38,069 bases of DNA. It comes from Acidimicrobiia bacterium. Its GTDB lineage: Bacteria > Actinomycetota > Acidimicrobiia > Spongiisociales > UBA5794. The stretch covers positions 1 through 38,069 of the forward strand of contig BTQS01000003.1 of NCBI GenBank assembly GCA_036985995.1. The letters run 5' to 3'. The notes below the pieces were generated by a model. It saw only the letters and a list, made by a program, of their open reading frames with translations, was not told where the DNA came from and searched no databases. Both the position numbers and the translations under genes were made by a program. Positions within the stretch are counted from its first letter, which is position 1, and the number at the start of each line of letters is the position of its first letter. Of the stretch, positions 37,116-38,069 are shown piece after piece.

Positions 37116-38051
37116 TTAATCGTCTCTGATCTCTTCAGAATCATGCGTGACCGAACCGACTGAGATGGGATCTTCGTGGACGGCACCTTCAGCATCGGTT
37201 CGCCTAGCACTGTTGAATCGGTTCCAGAACATGCCGGCCATGATGGCGACCAATACCAGCCCTGCGCCCAGGATGATCACACGACCGTAACTTCCGGCGA
37301 TTCGTTCGATCGCCGCGGTGAAGGTGCCAACGAAACCGACGATCGGGTCGTCTCCCAGCGTTGCGGCGGATCCGAATTTCACTCGGCCCCAGTAGTAGGT
37401 GAGGTAGACGCCCGCGATCGTCAACATCGTGCCCGTGATCCGATGCATGTACGGAAGCATCCTCCTGACCCCGCGCACCAGACCGTCTCTCAACAGTGCC
37501 GCTCCGGTGGAGAACAGGACGAGCATGATCGCCATCCCGAGTCCATACGCTGCGAGCACGATGAGCGCCGAAGCTGTGCCTTGTGTCGCAAGTGATGCCC
37601 CGACAACGGCGAGGAATACGGGCAGGGTGCAACCGAGTGATGCGATTCCGTATCCGATACCGAAGACGAACATTGTCTTCGGCTGCCGTTCCTGGCCAGG
37701 ACGGACGGGGTTTGAGATCGTCGTGGAGATCCTTCGGCCAAGCAGTGTGGCGATGCCAACGACGAGCAGGGCGATACCCAGTGCGATACCTGCCCACGGT
37801 ATGGCGCGGACGATCTGCGTCGCCCCGTATGTGATGGGCAGCCCGACGGCGCCGAACACGAGAAGGAATCCGGCAGTGACCAGCAACCCTGTGATGAACC
37901 CCTGCGCCGTGCGACTGCTCGCCGACGGCAGTTGATCTTCGTCCGCCCCGACGTAGAACGACAGGTAGGCAGGCAGCATCGCGAATCCGCAGGGATTGAT
38001 CGTCGAGAGTCCCCCCGCTGCAAGGGCGAGAGTGATAGGACCGAAATCCAT
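37116..38051 (-). CDS. ccdA: Cytochrome c biogenesis CcdA/DsbD transmembrane domain protein
   Basis: NPCGFAMLPAYL and LGCTLP redox Cys pair, multiple TM segments; adjacent to the TlpA-like gene. Confidence 0.88.
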   Translation of the reverse strand: MDFGPITLALAAGGLSTINPCGFAMLPAYLSFYVGADEDQLPSASSRTAQGFITGLLVTAGFLLVFGAVGLPITYGATQIVRAIPWAGIALGIALLVVGIATLLGRRISTTISNPVRPGQERQPKTMFVFGIGYGIASLGCTLPVFLAVVGASLATQGTASALIVLAAYGLGMAIMLVLFSTGAALLRDGLVRGVRRMLPYMHRITGTMLTIAGVYLTYYWGRVKFGSAATLGDDPIVGFVGTFTAAIERIAGSYGRVIILGAGLVLVAIMAGMFWNRFNSARRTDAEGAVHEDPISVGSVTHDSEEIRDD

Positions 38052-38069
38052 CAGAGCACCACCTTCCGG

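Overview
High-GC bacterial chromosomal segment, almost certainly actinobacterial (F420 genes, DUF3499/DUF5719-type gene order, TANNNT -10 boxes close to start codons); an Acidimicrobiia-like origin is my inference. It is mostly a rearranged version of the conserved actinobacterial backbone: accA/bccA-pccB-birA ... fpg-cofE-cofD | GT2-like membrane protein-DUF5719-DUF3499 ... pmm-trm112 ... ahcY-comF-hpf-response regulator-secA, followed by tlpA-ccdA. Interleaved accessory blocks are (i) a secreted double Kelch beta-propeller gene inside the carboxylase operon, (ii) a run of small Cys-rich proteins plus a GT-C/GtrA/GT2 three-component glycosylation module, and (iii) a TetR-regulated atu-like acyl-CoA carboxylase/dehydrogenase cluster with two visible operator palindromes. 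No rRNA, tRNA, CRISPR array, integrase or transposase was seen. The most interesting signals are a nested, switch-like RNA structure with an embedded SD/uORF in the comF-hpf leader, two apparent pseudo-enzymes, a TFIIS-like small zinc-ribbon gene with its own promoter, heptamer tandem repeats at two block junctions, and the absence of whiB, manA and mtrAB-lpqB from their usual slots. All family assignments come from motif recognition by eye, not from database searches.
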